Assembly (NCBI GenBank): GCA_000708835.1
Contig: DF237492.1
Location: forward strand, 1 to 59,478
DNA: 59,478 nt
Direction of reading: 5' to 3'
Origin: Klebsormidium nitens
Lineage: Eukaryota; Plantae; Klebsormidiophyceae
Made by a program: the position numbers and the translations under genes. The notes beneath the pieces are model-generated. The model did no database searches. It was not told where the DNA came from and saw nothing but the letters and a program-made list of their open reading frames with translations. Below, piece after piece: positions 53,174 through 59,478 of the stretch; the first letter of the stretch is position 1; every line of letters starts with the position of its first letter.

Positions 53174-56100
53174 ATGCCAACCGTGTGCAAGGACGCCCTC
53201 AAGGCTTTAGAAGACTCTAAAAAAGTTAGAGCTTCAGACCTTACGAAAATCGAGCTATGGGGACAAATACCACCAATAGAAAAGGTGAGACCAACATTTA
53301 CCTGCTTCTATCAGGTATGATTTTGAGATTGCAGCACAGTTACAAACTTCTGGTTTGAGAAGTGGTAATAGGTGCAGAAGCAGCACCAGATTACCAGGCT
53401 TATGCATACTGTCGGCAAGTTAACGGAAGCATACCAACCACCTCTTCCAATTTGGCATACATATAGCTGCAGCACTGCCGAAGGTGGAATGGATTCAGCG
53501 ACTCCACATTCAGACTCTCGCTTGCACTCCTAAGCATTGCTTTGTAATTGCTCCACAGGTGTCTGCTTGAAATCAGTCTCTTTACCTCTTCATATTGGTG
53601 GTGCATAAAGATTAGCGCCGGGGCGCTGTAGTCCTCCTGAGTTCATCAGTCAGAGAGTCCTCGCTAGGTTCTTGGATGCGGACAGGGGCTTTCTGTCCCT
53701 TCCAATCTGACTTTGACATACGGTGATCTCTTTTTGGACATTGTGTTTTGCGTGTTTGGTGGTGGTGCTTATTCCTTCACCAGAAATATAAAAACCAATT
53801 GTGCTCAGCACCAAGGCCCGAGCGTCGCAGGGTGAATCGAAGCACAGGAAAATTTTGGAAGACAGTTCATTTGTTAAGAGTCTGCACTCTCATCACCTGA
53901 CTGCCACCTGGCTGCTCAGAAAGTGCTCGGATTCACCATCGTCTGCGACTTTGGATCCAAAAATGTTTTTGATACTGTCCTTCTTGCACCGAACCCCTTT
54001 CATTGATGTGGCTTTGGTTGTCACCACAGAGTCAAATCTTGGTGGATTGAGAAAAGACAGGGATCCCGACACATTTAGTACACGTGATCGCTTTCTAGAG
54101 AAGACATCCATAGACCACGTACAGGCGGCACGCAAGCAAACCGGACCTGTCTCCAGACGAGTTGGAACAGATTGTGAGACATCCTTGCGTCAGATCAATC
54201 AAGTGTTACTTCCAGGGTTAACCTTCTGCCGAAAATTTGGCCTAGATGCTTTCAACTTATAGCAACTTGTTCGAAGCTTATGCACTATTCTCTGTTGCAG
54301 ATGGACGCGAGTCTGGCTACGCTCAAATCGTGTACCCATCTCTCCTTGTCCAGCAATAACATTGACAAGATCAGCAATCTAGCAGGTGAGCGGTCGATTT
54401 GCCAAGCTTGCAGCATTTGTTCCTCTGACTCCTGGCTTGTGTTCTTGTTATCCGAGTGATAAGAGGACCACCTTTCGGGTGTGCCCGCTGACATCATCTC
54501 CACTGACTCATCATATGTCCACAAGCGATGTCGTGCAGATCATGCTAGATACATGTGCAAAATGCAGAGTGCCGTAACAAAGGCTCATTGATTGCAAGGA
54601 TACGAGTTCCCCTGTCATACTGCTGAGCAACAACCAGCCAGAGCCTCCCTCGCTTCGAGCGGGATCTGCCGTTCCGATTTGGGACTTCGTTCCGATCTGC
54701 GCTCGCAACGTGCAGGCATGGACTCCTTGAGAATCCTCTCGCTGGCACGGAACCAGATCAAAAAGATCGAAAACCTGGAGGCCGTGGCAGAGACGCTGGA
54801 AGAGCTCTGGATCTCGTACAATCTGCTCGAAAAGCTGACTAACCTGGAGAAGCTCTCCAAGCTACGAGTCTTGTTCTTGTCAAACAATAAGGTGAGCAAA
54901 ACATGGGCTGGACTTTACGCAGAGGCTGCAGTCATCGGATTGCCGAATTCGCTTTCGAACTTTACTTTTCAGCAATGATGCCCAGTTCGAGCCTTCTTGA
55001 GTATGGGCTGGTGCACTTGTGCCGTCGACAAGACAACTTCGAGTTTTCTGCAGTGTCTATGCTCGAATGAAAGTGGTTTGATATTCGTAAAAAACTCGAA
55101 AATTGCTAGCTTGTAGTGTTAGAAGCTTAGGCGACGGGCCATTAGGTCACCTTTGCCGTTTCAGAAGAAAGTCGATATGAGGCCTTTCGCTGAGACAATG
55201 ATCGTAGAAACAGATTGTCCGACGAAAGAGAACACAGGGGTGCTGAGGAGTCACTAAGAGACATTTCGAAGCAGGGGTTCAGCGAGGCACACCGACAAAG
55301 AAGCTTGTCTCTTGTACTCCCTCATCTTCACCACGAGGAGTCAGGCTCATCGAGGCGTTTCTATTTTTACTAAGCTACCAGGGCCGTTGAATCTATCAAC
55401 AGAAAAATTCTTGCACCGTCCAGATTGCCGAATGGGCGGAGATCGAACGGCTGGCGCAGCTCCCGGCACTGGAAGACCTGCTGCTGGTCGGCAACCCGCT
55501 CACCGAAAAGTACAACGTCTCAGCGGCTGATAATCCATCCAAGCCAGGAAGCACGTGGAGACTAGCGGTACGTTTGAGCATCGGAAACTTTCTCCACGTG
55601 CATGTTTCTGTCACAAGGCATGTCAAGGCGTTCCCAGCGCAGGGGCCAAAGATTCATAGGCAGAAATCAATGGACGAGCTGATAACGGCTTCGAAGAATT
55701 GGGCTTCGTGATTGAAAGTGCTCACTGCTTCGGCAAAGGCACGGAACCGGTGGGTCGCTTTCCGGTACCCACGTCGGTTGGTCGTGTGCGTTGGCTTTCG
55801 GTTCACAGTCGAGATCGCACGCAGACTGCGAGTCCAATATTCGAGTTGCTGTCAGCAGATCAAGAGTATGACCCTTCCACTGGAGATCCGTTGCATCAGT
55901 GGTTCTGAACATGGATGGGTCTTTCTTCAACGTCGATTTTGAGAGCGTTTCCCTTGGTTTTACAAGGCTCGTTGCATAGACTTTTATGTACCCTTCTGGC
56001 TCCCAACTTCACGCACCGACTACATGAGCAGTCCGCCAGGCATTCGACTTGCTCTTCTTGAACGCTGCTGGGCAATATGAGAGCTTCGAGGCACGGAGAA

Positions 56101-56550
56101 AAGGACCGTCTTTTCTCAAGTAGTAGTCTCTAGCTACAAGTGGTACTCTAAAACATGCACAGGATGCCTTCATCAGGTAGTCAACTGATTGGAGCCTTGA
56201 AACCTTTCACCGTCGGCTTTGCTTCGCTGGATAAAACAGCAGTTCTGAGCCCTCCACATAGAGATGCTACTTTTCGTCGACCTCTTTATCTTTGCCTGAG
56301 TACATCCAAGTCTCTCGCTTATGTCGGAGCGCTCGTCGGACTTAATGACACCTCTTCGAAAGCTTCGCGCGTGCTCAGGTCGATTGCCTCACCATTTCCG
56401 AAGGTGGTACCCCTAGCTAAGCGCAAGTGTTATTTTCTGCCTGTTTGTTTCTAGGTCCTCCAAAGATTACCAGGGCTCAAGAAACTGGATGGGATCTTGG
56501 TGGACAGGGAAGAAGTGGAGCAGGCCGCAGCTCAGAAGGCGGTCAGCTGA
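53174..56550 (+). CDS. DNAL1: Axonemal outer-arm dynein light chain 1 (LC1), ~203 aa
   Basis: Exons 53174-53284, 54301-54385, 54716-54891, 55424-55567, 56455-56550 (612 nt, phases match). Motifs [50 protein letters not shown]...[10 protein letters not shown]...[27 protein letters not shown]...LKKLDG. Confidence 0.96.
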
Positions 56551-57779
56551 CGTACTGGTTGCCTGTTGTAAAGCGGACTGCTCTTAGCATCGTTAGCCAG
56601 ACGGCATAGCCAATTGCTTGTACACTGTACCTTTGAGGTACGCCGGTACATTTCTGAACGTTGTTCATTTGCATGAGTTGCTGCTTGTTGAAGCAAAAAA
56701 GAAGATAAACGCGCATCAAGGTGCGCTCAGTGCAGTGTTTCAATGTTCCACTAGTATGGCACAGTTTGGTTGGCAACTACGTGATGAGTTGTTGATGCGC
56801 TCGACTGTAAGCTATTCAGCGTGAACTAAGATGCGAATTGTACCGCAAAGAACGTTGTACTCATCCTTACGCATGGTAGCATCGCGTGATCCTGACAGAT
56901 GTCATGTAGAAGACATGAATGCGCACTGGTCTATCTTGTATGTCCGGGTCCCGATACATGCGTTGAGTCAATGCTTTCGACTTTAGGGCTTGATGGCAGC
57001 GGCGCTGAGGGCCTTAATCTGATCTTCAAAAGACCCAACGACTTACCATGCAAAAGGACCTCGAAGACAACCTGGCTGCAAAATTTTGCATGTGCAAAAT
57101 GATCCTTGGATTTGGGCGTCATGACGCAACTGTTAAGCAAGTTCGAAAGAACTTGCAGACATAGAAGTCGAGATGGTCATGATGTCTGCTTGCTATCATG
57201 TGTAGTCTGAGCCCGCTGATATTGACATACATGAAAGCTCGTGTGCCCTGAGTGCACTGATCTATTAATCTTACAAGAATCCAGTGGCCCATGCTATTTC
57301 CACTTCCATCATGATGACTCAGCCTGAACATGATAACGTACTAACGGCTGGATCCCCTTGCAGATCCAACCTAGCGCGAAGCATCATTTTACAACCAAGA
57401 TGGCGCGCGGCCAATGTCGCCAGTGAGTTACCAAGAGTAAAGTTGAATAACGCATCACATTCTATCATGCTGGCCACCAAGTTGCACGCCGTCGACTCAG
57501 CCGTCTGCCCGCTGTCTGTTGCCACCGCACCGAATTTTGGAAAGAGTTTGGAAGCTCTTGAAGGCCTGGACAATATATTGAAATTTTTTCACATCAGAAA
57601 ACATTGCCACTACAGCCTGATCATGAGCTGGGGGTGAGCTGCCTGGTCCTCGGTCACATCGTTTAATCTACCTAGAATGATCTACTAACATTATAGACTA
57701 CAGCCTGGCTCCGCGGAGAAGGCCGGCCTGCAGAGAGAAGTTGTGAAAATCTGATACCCAATTAAACCTGCGATATCAA

Positions 57780-58432
57780 TCCGGCTACCGGTATGCCGGC
57801 CGGTATGCAAGTTAGGCTGCCTCCCTTGGGTCGTCGGCTACTCCGAGTACCCCCCTCTGAGTATCCCGGGCAAGTAGCCCGTCCAGACTGCGGGATTTTC
57901 AGCCCGGCTACTTTGTGTTCCGCGATGATCGGGAGCTAGGACCTACTTCGCCTTATCACGTGTGAACGACGAGCCCAGCAAGTACATATCCTTCGAAAAG
58001 TAGGCTACTCGGCCGGCTACTCGGCGGTTGACCAATCAAATTTGAGGACACGGTTCCAGTTTCTACCAGTTGTTGAAACGGACGCGTACACGAACACCGA
58101 CAGTCTGCTTTCTTGAGTGATTGCGCGAATTCTTTGTGTCAACGTGGCACGCTAAGAGCGACCGGCGGAAGTAGCCGATGTCCGAAGTAGCCCCCGGTGT
58201 GGAAGGGGCTACTTCAGTTCCCGGTTCCTTGGAGAAACTTGAGAAGTAGCCGGGTACTCCAGTATCCCCAAGTATCCCCCAGTGTGGACTTTGGAGGCAG
58301 CCTATTAAATGGGTAATCCCGACACTCTCACAGTTCACTTGGCAAATGATGCATTGATCATCTCTAGCATGCCGGCGCATCCAAGGACCAAATCCGAATC
58401 CGACTCGATCAAGATCCGAGATCCGGCTACAG
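57780..58432. repeat. Cluster of GGCTAC/GTAGCC motifs in both orientations (probable non-autonomous element or regulatory array)
   Basis: Eleven copies at ~57783, 57836, 57874, 57906, 58003, 58015, 58171, 58187, 58207, 58246 and 58425, plus AGTATCCC three times. Confidence 0.55.
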
Positions 58433-58553
58433 CTGACACTGTGATTGGCTGACGGCCTGACATGCAGACCGGTTGCACTACGCGGGGCGGTTGGCCGCGG
58501 TCGACGATGGACGTACCGTACTTACGTACTTAGGTAGGTACCGTACATACATA

Positions 58554-58815
58554 CCGTACTGGCAACGGAATTCACCCCCAAACATCGCGAATAATTAATT
58601 ATGAAACTTTTGAGTTTTCTCCGAGCGGTTTCAGAATTTATTTTTCATTTCGTCATTTTACTTTTTTGGTTTTTTCACCTGGTATTTGGAGCATTTCGCG
58701 GTTTTCAAGTTTGTTTTTGCGTTTCGTCATTTCTCCCTGGGGGTCCCATTTAGTTTCCAACTTTTCGTTTTTCCTCAAAATAATTAATAAAAGATGAATT
58801 CCCTTGCCGGTACGG
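58554..58815. mobile_element. MITE-like element, 262 bp, 21-bp TIRs, TA target-site duplication
   Basis: Left end CCGTACTGGCAACGGAATTCA versus reverse complement of right end CCGTACCGGCAAGGGAATTCA (2 mismatches). TA flanks both sides; AT-rich non-coding interior. Confidence 0.8.
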
Positions 58816-58914
58816 TACATGGGCCGATTGTGCACACTGCACACTGCACATGCCCATGGAGTCAGAAGTACCTACAGACTTCCAAGTTCCGGATCAGGAT
58901 TCAGGAGGTACCTA

Positions 58915-59118
58915 CCGTACCAATTGTCCGGTTAGGCAACAATTACATATTTTTTGACTTGCCCAAAAATCTGAATTGAAAATAAATTCCAATTAAGGAT
59001 CTTCAGATCATTTTGCCCCGTAGAAAAACAAAATAAATGCATAAATGAAGCTGCCCAAAATAACTGACACGAAATTAATTATTGGACAAAAATCTGCCCA
59101 ACCGGACAATTGGTACGG
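58915..59118. mobile_element. MITE-like element, ~204 bp, 24-bp TIRs
   Basis: CCGTACCAATTGTCCGGTTAGGCA versus reverse complement of right end CCGTACCAATTGTCCGGTTGGGCA (1 mismatch). TA on the left, GTA on the right; AT-rich interior. Confidence 0.78.
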
Positions 59119-59478
59119 GTATACGTACCCTACCTACTAGGTACCTACCTAGTACCGTACCTCGAACCTGGTACAGATGTCACTTCCATGTACCGGTACC
59201 AAGTTCCGACTGTACGTTGAAGGCCTTCCGCTCCTCCGCTCGGGGTACCTATTGAGCAACTTTAATACGCACCGATTGGTGCCCTGTGCTCGGAAGACTG
59301 AAGCCCGGAGCTTCTAGCAAATTCTCGGAGTCAACTAGAATGTCCTCCCCCTTGGAATTTTTGCGATGAAGGGTTTATCATGGGGTCAAGAGTTATCGCG
59401 TCTTAAAACAAAAACTCCGCAGGATGCTAGTGCCGCTCCCTGCGCGATGTCACGATGCCTAAGGCTGCCGCAAACCAA

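Overview
Eukaryotic, intron-rich nuclear DNA, not prokaryotic. GC-rich exons, GT-AG introns and a plant-type UMP-CMP kinase alongside axonemal genes most resemble a flagellate-producing streptophyte alga such as Klebsormidium (inference from sequence style only). Hand-spliced, phase-consistent models give: a small hypothetical gene (656-1995,+); a UMP-CMP/adenylate kinase fused to a CaMKII association (hub) domain (2989-7610,-); a ~996-aa IQ/coiled-coil protein (11949-21131,+); a GT92/GT2-like glycosyltransferase (22400-24413,-); a secreted Cys-rich modular protein (27084-32077,+); a 22-exon ~1702-aa LRR-Kelch-DRC7 gene (32999-52122,-); and, head-to-head with it, dynein light chain LC1/DNAL1 (53174-56550,+). 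Two MITE-like elements lie at the right end. The most striking unexplained structure is a pervasive set of exon-edge echoes. Introns next to more than a dozen exon edges in three unrelated genes carry 1-6 decaying tandem copies of the adjacent splice junction, mostly spaced ~95-180 bp apart. Acceptor copies always lie upstream of the live exon, donor copies always downstream, and the larger arrays decay with distance from it. All coordinates were counted by hand and may be off by a few bases.
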